Shown: positions 19,801 to 25,381 of the stretch, piece after piece | How the letters are laid out: each line of letters opens with the position of its first letter | Position numbering within the stretch: position 1 is the stretch's first letter | From: a virus | Taxonomy: Duplodnaviria > Caudoviricetes | Reading direction: 5' to 3' (one strand) | DNA: 52,674 bases | IMG/VR virus record: IMGVR_UViG_3300030333_004669 | Coordinates: 1 to 52,674 of that record | The notes under the pieces: generated by a model | Told to the model about the DNA's origin: nothing | Databases searched by the model: none | What the model saw: only the letters and a program-made list of their open reading frames with translations | Position numbers and translations under genes: made by a program

Positions 19801-21341
19801 GTAGGCTAATGTTTACTAGCGGTTCTGGTGTCTATTCTAGTTGGGTTGCTGATACTGCTTATGATGTCGGAGTGTGGAATCATTTGTGTCTTGTTTATGA
19901 CTCAACGCAAAGCACTAACGCTAATAAAGCGAAGCTATATATTAACGGGGTTCTTATAACTCATTACTCAGCAGGAAATCATGCTGGCGATTTAAAAACT
20001 GATACAGGTTTAAAGATTGGTAAAACAGAGGATACGCATGATGGAGAAATCAAAGACGTTCGCATTCACAACCGTGCGATGGATGCCGATGAGGTCAAGG
20101 GGTTGTATAATGGGGAGAGTACGCCTTTTGCTTATGCTGACTCCAGCAACATATTTAACGACACGGCAGCTTCCGATAGTTCAAGTTCCTACGGCACTAA
20201 CTCCGACTCTACTGTTGCTCATGCTTCAGACCATTACACCCTTTCAAACAACACTTCATCGCATGGAGCATGGAATTACCATTCGTTTGTTTCTGGTAAA
20301 GCCTATCGCTTCTCAGTTGACATCAAAGACGGGACTGAAGCGAATGTGGAGGTGAGGTTGCAAGCGCAAGTTGCAGCAAACAGCGGTTGGGTATTAAACG
20401 ATATAACCACTACCTCATCCTTTGTAACGTACACTTTAGAGTTTACTGCTGTCGCTTCTGGTTCGCAAAACTATGGTTTGTGGCCGATGGTAGACATGAA
20501 TAACGACAACATCCAGTTTAAGAATTTTAGGCTGGATGAAATCGGAGAAGTCGCAGCTTACACGCCGAAGTCTATTGGGGGAGGTAATAGTAGAACATGG
20601 TTTGATTCCACTAGCAACAGAAACCACGGGTCTGTAACAGGAGCAACGGTGGTGAATCCAATGCGGATTGGCCCTATGGAACTGAGTGCAGACAACTTGG
20701 TCAACTTCCGATTGGACGCTGCCGACTCTGTTCCGTTGCAGTTAGAAAACAGAAACAAAACAAACGGGGATGTTACGGCAATACGTTGGAAATTTGAGGA
20801 TGGTAACTCTACTGCTGGTTACTACCCCGTTGAACTTGGTGGTGTCATTGGAACTTCAGTTGGTGATGCTGATGCTCGCAATGCCGACTTTAAGTTGTGG
20901 GTTTCCGATACTGATAATGTAAACAGATCAAACGATTGTAGACTTCACGTTACTCATGCAGGTGAGGTTAAAGCAACCTCTGCAACCAGCACCAACCTCA
21001 AGCAAGTCGCACGGGGTTTTACCACTACAATTATCCAGCCATCAGGCAAAGCATTTACAAGTTTTAGACTGAATCACGCTTTGGGAACTCAGTTTATCCA
21101 CGTTTCGGTTATTGAGTCTGGAGGTAATCAAGAGGTTGTGGAATGTGCAATTAGAATAGGTTCATGGACGGAGGGGCAAACAGGAGCAAACATTTCGTCT
21201 GCGGGTACTGGGGTGACAGGAGTAACAACTATGGGAACAGAAAACACAAACGCTGCGAACAAGGAAGAATACTGCATGGTTACTTTTGCTACCGCCCCTG
21301 CTGTTGGGACGAACTATAAAGTAGTGGTCATAGGAATTTAG
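10803..21341 (+). CDS. Giant (3512 aa) fibre/adhesin with four LamG-like and several CBM-like domains
   Basis: NKGYVD..QGLD.K.SVRVAT..GDRVLVKDQ..ENGIY fibre domain, GNVGIG shaft repeats, LamG motifs (TVAAWIK, WYHVVG.YDG, YVNG, F.G.IRDV.I) and NGDF-type CBM-like modules. Confidence 0.85.
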   Translation: MADKKVFTNLQFEGNAELKFPRVHPDGSAPASKGPGQAYFDTGTGGTLNLQFAEAGGTNDWRAVHTSGVPFSTDQVFTSSLATGTAPFTITSTTKVANLNVDKLNGRTWSESTTGDTIVSRDGLGRIKVTAPSSSDTSSSLNLYAVNKGYVDNAIQGLDHKSSVRVATIGANIDISGTATDIDHGDTFNGVKLTEGDRVLVKDQTVKAENGIYVVGAANQGVSRATDADTTGSTDISAGSDGSGFTGSGSDAILGWSASSGTPSVSSGALSWTHPSNTDWHSLNTTFTAESGKTYVIKATFTGNTTGAWNFRATDENSQHSTEYGNIGGSFNNESVELIVTPNINGTVYVYFNSQASGAVIELSALSVLETALTDGAFVFVEEGNALANTAWVLSDASHVGDCLWTQFSGAGQITAGDGLAKNSDILSVDLAAGTPLQISSNKLSMAAIGVNDLADDAVTAAKLDDDGNFTMAKLGLGGSPTATQLGSSSWPTNALDVNGAIRLLGGGYATYAAKLTARLDSEHCLTLESQINDTTPFEVIGTYAGSGGASPRVVLSANGKPVGINVTDPSGTLHVQTARYGSNLLTGSKAFTTTSGTDWAVEAGWSLSGGTATRNSSSSDEKWIYVTSLTSVGKRYKFSFNFNRTAGSGHLEVVQFNSGWIVITDNVANADGAGSVTGYYNTTTGSNGGFYIRNSGEWQGTFTGLTIVEDTLTANASATEAGGLSVNAAADDLVIANNDHGGLSIITPADKKGIIFFGDKNDNDRGGIKYDHAENNSEVATDERMEFSVNGDNKALTLHSDLSAKFEGGIGIGTVESTAGHITALDTTPLITAKNSNDNLAEIGAGSTGGKFYAGGDNGAILLSTFGTSYLNSGNVAIGGDAASAKLEVITGSNTDGIQIRRNSANATSTALLGFRTSSGANATNTSSIAAVRTNLPNAGDNKLVFQTQASGALAEHLTIDGYGTHDHKANPIVNSATVQGLQDGACYDFDGENTTRIALPTAAYDAVKGDRITVAAWIKRTSDSGEYDGIVSVDGLVNQAEGFALLIDGTDDKLFWQYDAGSQIDHNDSGGQVLALNVWYHVVGIYDGSNLKTYVNGVLDRTQSGAGKALSGTNKTIVIGNQHTNANKYFRGQIRDVKIFPSALSAGDIRKLYSGENPKKNNNVDLLEGYGDGESASVSQWTNQSGATISSEDNTFKVTTTAAFVAAKRNVATTEGKLYKVSALVKAGSVGALLEITGTGLSSINSGTVTSSSFVRKTIFFTAASSTSVVELQVQTSSSSGGTAYFDDITFEEVGTLVDFTPQSASSSKWRNEALLGFYDGTVNNATLSQGNSYWNNIKQDGTATTIDGSLEVQTASGGELNFDRNGNSGVAIQLKNNGDIASGTLKLAGGSGVTLFTNETEALSTAGGDVKVAAKLGIGDVADNNHDLRIHNTSNYGLLFSGTNGTIKSNNNLVVEATHNIYLRPQTSTQDYAVRVDTGKGLRVTSGTVGIGAGAANPSTEGLEIANPSADTTYDLNSQADNLLVIRNSDTSANLNRFAGFQMKINSDSLAAEGTIRTQFAEDGGADLIFSTTKSGSGVDRLTLDKDGVHNHHGNHTVNSATVQGLQDGACYDFDGASGSVYTSLAENPFKGGGTISLWINGRTVGEGSLGRLFDSVGYGVLSHLDGASGGAYRVYFSQAHSTDLGGWHSGYAFELNKWNHVVISYNNASTSNNPSIWINGVSQTVTEAYTPDGTASDSASGQIYLGGNSGDNRTWDGSIRDVKIFPSALEDADVRKLYSGENPKKNLNVNLVTNGDFSSALGTTWAARRSAVVSIVSGELKVVNAGGVGSGIAEQAITLTGGKTYKLKADVKSFSGLTQAYMRVWTTSATSGGSADLDKVVTAGDDQEFVFTVSGSGSVTRYVTLQGYGGSNDDYVVFDNVSLTEVGTLVDFTSDSASTSKWYNDALLGFYDGTVNNATLSQGNSYWNNIKQDGDGVEFKNNIGIGTAPTTWKATISDGTTTGFINAYNNALSFGTNTDHALKLYQNGTVAFQLDADGNTEVENKLGVGGVATSAMTLHMAGGSYTTDATSGFIISNTSSGRATQRIRTVNDNAAELFFDVNGASRWDFSCRNSGSDYKLNLYSQAGTPSYTAVSGPAMTWLQNGNVGIGNDDPKALLHLKSSGGTTLRLERNDTTIVAGDILGQIEFEGQDTSDTAAASGIRAKILAIADDQNGYAHRGATGLSFRTSSLGGGGDNTDATTERLRITDDGTQDHHGNRIVNSATVAGLQDGACYDFNGTTSSIDLGSEVIGTGAVTVSAWVKSDDYGEHGGNDFGRIVDNGTQYLYIASASSGQILFKRSTGGTAAEAPWPTSNHGKWIHVAATSTAAGAIKIYINGVDSTTTAGAGSPTAGNTNTFIGNNSDSDRTWDGSIRDVKIFPSELDAADVRKLYSGENPKKNDNVEKVTNGDFSTQLTVTTNGGSSGGWTNYNATSISTNGSAQLVVDDTTGVGGNSAAIQNLNLTSGKNYLVSLDLIAVGGTGTTGLYVSARGSSTNPNPTGNWQISANSTLGTHRFLVEATSDSYLWICANGTSTVTVDNVSVKEAETLVDFTPQSASSSKWRNEAILGLYDGTVNNATLSRGNSYWNNIKQDGQAVELSDTFEVTGANEKINLKLGAPHSTITQRGWLKLSNATNNTTVYTNAGASNGEFGIHTFKQSKGDGTDARSILTLGETSNTNVKVHGKLGVGADADANAALNVNGGMLGTYFRMSDYGEIRADDAELYFENTANNRYWRWKLAEEGSTDTFNFILDHYNGTSTSNVLQFTPTGNVGINSTAPKALLDINSTATGTYPLLIRGDLDGAGRYTGIKFGLNGTGATNNYFKAAIQVRGTGGHVQPDMHFMLQSAASSTSVEDTASDRVLTLRNDGTHDHNGNRTVNSQTVSDSWRSSEPSLRFDGSNDVVTVGSTTNYGSKATVAVWVKFNKHDAADNGREGIVGSKYWSDNDFSLHLHDSGRLMFTSGSGVYSSWVADTAYDVGVWNHLCLVYDSTQSTNANKAKLYINGVLITHYSAGNHAGDLKTDTGLKIGKTEDTHDGEIKDVRIHNRAMDADEVKGLYNGESTPFAYADSSNIFNDTAASDSSSSYGTNSDSTVAHASDHYTLSNNTSSHGAWNYHSFVSGKAYRFSVDIKDGTEANVEVRLQAQVAANSGWVLNDITTTSSFVTYTLEFTAVASGSQNYGLWPMVDMNNDNIQFKNFRLDEIGEVAAYTPKSIGGGNSRTWFDSTSNRNHGSVTGATVVNPMRIGPMELSADNLVNFRLDAADSVPLQLENRNKTNGDVTAIRWKFEDGNSTAGYYPVELGGVIGTSVGDADARNADFKLWVSDTDNVNRSNDCRLHVTHAGEVKATSATSTNLKQVARGFTTTIIQPSGKAFTSFRLNHALGTQFIHVSVIESGGNQEVVECAIRIGSWTEGQTGANISSAGTGVTGVTTMGTENTNAANKEEYCMVTFATAPAVGTNYKVVVIGI
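13701..18716 (+). repeat. Three conserved blocks, each present three times with about 1.9-kb periodicity inside the fibre gene
   Basis: Block A (VNSATVQGLQDGACYDF) at ~13701/15579/17571; block B (IRDVKIFPS..RKLYSGENPKKN) at ~14208/16089/18051; block C (LVDFT..SAS..KW.N.A.LG.YDGTVNNATLS.GNSYWNNIKQDG) at ~14685/16587/18567. Confidence 0.92.
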
Positions 21342-21342
21342 A

Positions 21343-22098
21343 ATGGCATCAAAAAAACATTTCGCAGGGATAGACTTCCAAGGTGGAGCTTCCATTAAGG
21401 TAGGAGGCACAGCGGGGAATAATCAGTTCCTTAAAGCAAGTAGTGACGGGGGATTGTCTTGGGCAAGCGGAACCACTTCTGCATCTGGAATGGGTGATGT
21501 CGGGATTACAAACTATGAAGGATTGATCCACTCTGGAATTACCAGTAGCCAGAACGCCAATTTTGCATTAGCTCAAAGTAGTGGTGGGCTTACGGTATTA
21601 AACTCAAAGGCTGGCAAAGGGCTTTATCTACGAACAGAGGGAGGAAGCTCGGCAACAGATCAGATTATCATTGATGGCGGCACACTCAGTTTCCAAGGGA
21701 GCATTGGTAGCGAAGGGAATGTACTGACAGTTAACTCCAGTAATAAAGCTGTATGGGCTGCGCCTAGCGGGGCAAACAAGAAAACCTATGAGTTTCGCTG
21801 GGATACAAGCTCTCCTCCAACTGGCTGTTCATTCCATAACACCAACCTCGGTGGTTCCTCTACTAAACATGATACTGTTAGGTTAACGCATACATTTGGA
21901 GAGATTACCATTGTTAACATGATTGACGTTAATGACTTATTCGGATCAGGCATAACTAATTATGGTTTGCAAATGGGATATGATGTCTCGGTATCTCAAG
22001 GGAATAACACTATGGACATAATCCTTACTGGGATAGATGCCGACGATGTGCCGACATATTCCAGCAACAAAAACTTTAAAGTGATTATAATGGGCTAA
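21343..22098 (+). CDS. Fibre-associated virion protein
   Basis: The N-terminus MASKKHFAGIDFQG resembles the giant fibre's MADKKVFTNLQFEG, and the C-terminus FKVIIMG resembles YKVVVIG. Confidence 0.65.
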   Translation: MASKKHFAGIDFQGGASIKVGGTAGNNQFLKASSDGGLSWASGTTSASGMGDVGITNYEGLIHSGITSSQNANFALAQSSGGLTVLNSKAGKGLYLRTEGGSSATDQIIIDGGTLSFQGSIGSEGNVLTVNSSNKAVWAAPSGANKKTYEFRWDTSSPPTGCSFHNTNLGGSSTKHDTVRLTHTFGEITIVNMIDVNDLFGSGITNYGLQMGYDVSVSQGNNTMDIILTGIDADDVPTYSSNKNFKVIIMG

Positions 22099-22331
22099 TG
22101 GAACACAGCCACACCATAATTGAGCTACTCCTAGTAATCGCAATGCTGGGAATACTGTACTCTATGTATGTGGGGTCATTGGCACGGGCTAGAGAGGCGG
22201 CAGAGAGGGCTATATGTAAACAATATCAATGGGAGTGGAGAACCCTTCGGGAGACAGAGGATATTCCTGACATGGTGCGAGTAGCGGATAGTTGTTTCAA
22301 CTGCCACGCAACTGCTCCACCCAACTGGTAA
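22098..22331 (+). CDS. Prepilin-like (DUF1559-style) mini-protein with a C-terminal CxxCH
   Basis: HTIIELLLVIAMLGILYSM...LARAREAAERAIC versus the consensus FTLIELLVVIAIIAIL...LARARE.A....C; CFNCH near the C-terminus. Confidence 0.75.
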   Translation: MEHSHTIIELLLVIAMLGILYSMYVGSLARAREAAERAICKQYQWEWRTLRETEDIPDMVRVADSCFNCHATAPPNW

Positions 22332-22332
22332 A

Positions 22333-22794
22333 ATGGAAACGAATTTAGTAGAACAATTAGCAAACAAGGAAGTCATGGAGGGCGTGGCTAAGAACCTTGT
22401 TGGGGAATACGCATGGCTGCTGGTAGCCGCCGTGGTGATGTTGTTCCTCAAGGACACGGTGATGAATTTTGTCGCAGGGATAGGTGTTTGCTTTGGCTCC
22501 CATTGGCGAGCAGACGAGGTTCTCTACATTAGTGGAAGACAGGCGCGGATAGTTCGCGTTGGGATAAGGTCAACCACGCTATACATGAGCGATAGGAGAA
22601 CGAAGATGGTCGTGCCTAATGAGAAGTTGAAAGACTTAGTTGTGGAGAAGACGCTGCCTAAAAACGGTGGTGAACCATATCTTCCTAAAGGCGGCGATCC
22701 TCAGTTTGTAGGCACAATGGAAATACCCATAGCCCCTGAGCCACAAAAGGTAGAGATCGTAGATAAACCAAAACGAGGAAGACCGAGAAAATGA
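22333..22794 (+). CDS. Truncated MscS-family mechanosensitive-channel-domain protein
   Basis: TM segment, then KDTVMNFVAG...DEVLYISG...IVRVGIRSTTL...VVPNEKL. The C-terminal cage domain is missing. Confidence 0.75.
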   Translation: METNLVEQLANKEVMEGVAKNLVGEYAWLLVAAVVMLFLKDTVMNFVAGIGVCFGSHWRADEVLYISGRQARIVRVGIRSTTLYMSDRRTKMVVPNEKLKDLVVEKTLPKNGGEPYLPKGGDPQFVGTMEIPIAPEPQKVEIVDKPKRGRPRK

Positions 22795-23027
22795 AGAGAT
22801 GGCTTACAATAGCGGCACTCAGCATATTCACCATTTGGGTGGGTAGTGGGTGTCAGAACATAAAATCTTTTGAAGCGGATTTCGGGGGAGTGGACATAGA
22901 GTATTATCCAACACATCCCTCTCAGGAGGAGAAATCAATTTTTGACTTTAGCGGCACAGCACAGGACTTGGTAGTTCCAGCAGATTGGGACGGGCCTTTG
23001 CTGATGCCAATGACGAGAGATAAATAA
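22791..23027 (+). CDS. Putative lipoprotein
   Basis: Signal peptide MKRWLTIAALSIFTIWVGSG followed by Cys. Confidence 0.65.
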   Translation: MKRWLTIAALSIFTIWVGSGCQNIKSFEADFGGVDIEYYPTHPSQEEKSIFDFSGTAQDLVVPADWDGPLLMPMTRDK

Positions 23028-23029
23028 TT

Positions 23030-23536
23030 ATGGCTAACATTAAATACGATGTAACAAGATGGGACGTAAGTTGCGAGTCGGCTGACCCAACTAAGGTCTG
23101 TAGTGTGATTCTAGGCATAACAGCCACGGATCAAGAATCGGGCAAATCTGCCTACAAGGATGAGCGTATCTCCGTTCCGTGCCAAGACCTGACAGAGTTT
23201 GAGGCGCAGAGTGAGAAGTTCATAGAGGGAGTGCTGGGCAGTCAGGGCTGGTTTCTCGAGTTACAGACTCGGATTGCAAATCAGCTAACTGCTCCTGTTC
23301 CCGCGCCAGAGGACAGGGAGAAACCAGATTTTTCCTCGATGACAATCGGTGACGGCTACCAGAACCTCCCAGACGAGGAGAGTGAGGAAGCCCCAGCCGA
23401 GGAGTCTAGCGAGGAAGAAGCCGAGGAGGCTCCAGCGGAATCTGAGGAGGAATCTAGCGAAGAGGCCGAGGAATCCAGCGAGGAAGAGTCCAGCGAGGAA
23501 GAGTCCAGCGAGGAAGAGTCTGAAGGTGGCGAGTAA
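23030..23536 (+). CDS. Hypothetical protein with a highly acidic tail
   Basis: About 115-aa globular part followed by EESSE repeats. Confidence 0.75.
   Translation: MANIKYDVTRWDVSCESADPTKVCSVILGITATDQESGKSAYKDERISVPCQDLTEFEAQSEKFIEGVLGSQGWFLELQTRIANQLTAPVPAPEDREKPDFSSMTIGDGYQNLPDEESEEAPAEESSEEEAEEAPAESEEESSEEAEESSEEESSEEESSEEESEGGE
23376..23525 (+). repeat. Degenerate 15-bp coding tandem repeat (GAGGAAGAGTCCAGC)
   Basis: Near-identical units at ~23465-23524 and more degenerate units upstream; they encode EEESS. Confidence 0.8.
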
Positions 23537-23654
23537 ATGCACCAACAAGGACTGCTTTGAGGATACTTGCAAGGGTGGGTGCAAACCAAAGAAGAGAAAG
23601 AAGCCGCCTAAAGAAGACTGGCCTTGGTATCGGCAAGTCAAAGCAGGTGAATAA
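23526..23654 (+). CDS. Small Cys/Lys-rich protein
   Basis: GTG start, MASKCTNKDCFEDTCKGGCKPKKRKK...; this is the 3' part of ORF 23349-23654. Confidence 0.4.
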   Translation: MASKCTNKDCFEDTCKGGCKPKKRKKPPKEDWPWYRQVKAGE

Positions 23655-23713
23655 TCCTCAGCTTGTCAGTGATTAGCACGACTTGGCTTTAAAGTGCTAA
23701 AATCAGCACGCTT

Positions 23714-23905
23714 ATGGCTGAACAGAGCAAAGAGCAGGCGCAGGCTGCTGTAAATATCCTGTTTAACGCTGCAAGTCAGGCACGCCTGACCGCAGCAGAG
23801 CACGACCAAGTTAAGCAAGCTGCTCAAATAGTGGCGGCTGGACTTGGTTTAACGGAAGGGCAAGACAATACCGAATTGGTAATGCCTGATGAAAGTGAAG
23901 GATAA
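23714..23905 (+). CDS. Small helical protein
   Basis: 63-aa ORF with an extended -10 element ending 10 nt upstream. Confidence 0.7.
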   Translation: MAEQSKEQAQAAVNILFNAASQARLTAAEHDQVKQAAQIVAAGLGLTEGQDNTELVMPDESEG

Positions 23906-23917
23906 AGAGTGTGTTGG

Positions 23918-24067
23918 ATGGATGATTGCAAGGTACTTGGTTCCTTCGCCCTTGGCTTTGGTAACTGGATGCTGGAGATAGACCTTGTTTTAAAGGTGGC
24001 AATATCTTTAGCAACCCTTGTTTATGTTATCCTTCGCATACGAAATCTCATCAAATACAAACAATGA
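23918..24067 (+). CDS. Holin-like membrane protein (49 aa)
   Basis: MDDCKVLGSFALGFGNWMLEIDLVLKVAISLATLVYVILRIRNLIKYKQ*: hydrophobic helix with a basic C-terminus; ATGA overlap with the next gene. Confidence 0.55.
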   Translation: MDDCKVLGSFALGFGNWMLEIDLVLKVAISLATLVYVILRIRNLIKYKQ

Positions 24068-24390
24068 AATATAGATTGTATATACTAGGGGCGTTGTTGC
24101 TTTTTGCAACGAACGTCAACGCGGGTTTGTTTGGGGCAGCGCTGAAGCCTGATCCCAATATTACCCTTTTTGGGCAAAAGCTAAGCTGGCCTATCCCGAG
24201 CCTGTGCATAGGCGCTAAAGCTGGGGTGCTGCCTGACGCTGGAGTTTCATCCGATGGAATCAATTTTAAGATTCCTTATTTCTCGGTTGATCTGCCGTTT
24301 CCCTCCTTAACCATTAAAGGCACTAATGCTGTCACTAAGGTTAAGATTGGGGCCGTGGAGAAGACAGTGACCAAGGAGGTGAAGAAGTAA
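24064..24390 (+). CDS. Secreted hypothetical protein
   Basis: Sec signal MKYRLYILGALLLFATNVNA; beta-rich mature part. Confidence 0.7.
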   Translation: MKYRLYILGALLLFATNVNAGLFGAALKPDPNITLFGQKLSWPIPSLCIGAKAGVLPDAGVSSDGINFKIPYFSVDLPFPSLTIKGTNAVTKVKIGAVEKTVTKEVKK

Positions 24391-24566
24391 TGCTACGCTC
24401 AAAAACGACTTGGACTGCTTTGACTGGTGCGCTTGCCGGGATCGCTGGTTATTTTACTGGAGAGCTTGAGCTTGGTGCTGCCGCTAACGTGGTCATCACC
24501 AGTCTGCTGGCTCTGTTCCTTAGGCACGGAATCAAGAAAACCGAAAAAGCGGTAACCGGGGAGTGA
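24390..24566 (+). CDS. Holin-like two-TM protein (58 aa)
   Basis: MLRSKTTWTALTGALAGIAGYFTGELELGAAANVVITSLLALFLRHGIKK; the SKTxW start is common in small holins. Confidence 0.6.
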   Translation: MLRSKTTWTALTGALAGIAGYFTGELELGAAANVVITSLLALFLRHGIKKTEKAVTGE

Positions 24567-24572
24567 ACCCAA

Positions 24573-25019
24573 ATGGGTATTCTCAACTTAATAGCTTCAA
24601 TTCTAAAGGCCGTCCCAATTTTGGGGCGGCTTTTTGTGAGGTTTGCAGATGATAAGCGAGAGTTAAAGGCACAAGAACGGTATGAGGAAAAACTTAATCT
24701 TATTGATAGCGCTGTTGACAAGTATCATAGGGCAGGGCTGCACGACAGCGGTGAAGTACAACAACAGCCAGGAATTGATGGAGCACCCGCAATTTCCGAG
24801 AGCAGCGTTTCACGCGCCAGCGTTCACAAAGCAAGCTCTAAAAACGATAGCGGAACTGGAGTATCAGTTAGAAAGAAAAAAGTAGCCAAGAAGAAAGCTG
24901 TTAAGAAAAAAACAGCTAAAAGAAAGGTATCTAATGCCAAAGAAAAAAGACCCACGCCTCGCCGCAGCGGGCGTAAGCGGATACAACAAGCCGAAAAGAA
25001 CACCAAATCACAAAACTAA
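24573..25019 (+). CDS. Putative i-spanin (Rz-like)
   Basis: N-terminal hydrophobic anchor followed by a coiled segment; contains a nested lipoprotein gene. Confidence 0.55.
   Translation: MGILNLIASILKAVPILGRLFVRFADDKRELKAQERYEEKLNLIDSAVDKYHRAGLHDSGEVQQQPGIDGAPAISESSVSRASVHKASSKNDSGTGVSVRKKKVAKKKAVKKKTAKRKVSNAKEKRPTPRRSGRKRIQQAEKNTKSQN
24682..24885 (+). CDS. Putative o-spanin lipoprotein (Rz1-like), nested
   Basis: MRKNLILLIALLTSIIGQG-C lipobox-like signal, in the +1 frame entirely inside 24573-25019. Confidence 0.65.
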   Translation: MRKNLILLIALLTSIIGQGCTTAVKYNNSQELMEHPQFPRAAFHAPAFTKQALKTIAELEYQLERKK

Positions 25020-25221
25020 ATCTCACGTTGTTGTGGCCAAAGATGGCGACAAAATTAAAACGATAAGATTTGGGCAGCAAGGTGTTAGGGGTGCTGGTAA
25101 AAACCCTACTAGCGCGAAGGATAAGGCTCGTAAAAAATCCTATTACGCAAGACACAATGCTCAGGACTCAAGTCCTGATAAAATGAGTGCGAGGTATTGG
25201 TCGCATAAGGTTAAATGGTGA
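24934..25221 (+). CDS. Basic small phage protein
   Basis: NKPKRTP.H.TKSHVVVAK.G..IKTIRFGQQG...RKKSYYARH...SARYWS..VKW, recognised as a family seen in aquatic phages. Confidence 0.8.
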   Translation: MPKKKDPRLAAAGVSGYNKPKRTPNHKTKSHVVVAKDGDKIKTIRFGQQGVRGAGKNPTSAKDKARKKSYYARHNAQDSSPDKMSARYWSHKVKW

Positions 25222-25361
25222 TGAGTTTGTATAAGAACATAAACAAAAGAAAGAAGTCGGGAACTAGCCGATCAAAGAAGAACTCAACTATTTCAAAGGA
25301 ATCCTACGCCAACATGAAAGCAGGCTTTCCTAAGAAGAAGAAGAGTGGCAAAAAACCGTAA
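25221..25361 (+). CDS. Small basic protein (46 aa)
   Basis: MSLYKNINKRKKSGTSRSKKNSTISKESYANMKAGFPKKK; TGATG coupling to the previous gene. Confidence 0.65.
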   Translation: MSLYKNINKRKKSGTSRSKKNSTISKESYANMKAGFPKKKKSGKKP

Positions 25362-25381
25362 TCCTTTTAAATCTCCAAGGG

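Noticed and set aside
11024-21410. Many minus-strand ORFs inside the giant fibre gene (and similar antisense ORFs over the portal, capsid and tail genes)
   Set aside because: These are shadow ORFs of G/S/T/N-rich coding sequence, with no motifs or start signals.
23673-23700. CIRCE-like inverted repeat TTAGCAC-N14-GTGCTAA
   Set aside because: It is one base longer than CIRCE (TTAGCACTC-N9-GAGTGCTAA) with mismatched inner bases. The right arm is explained by the extended -10 element, and no chaperone gene follows.
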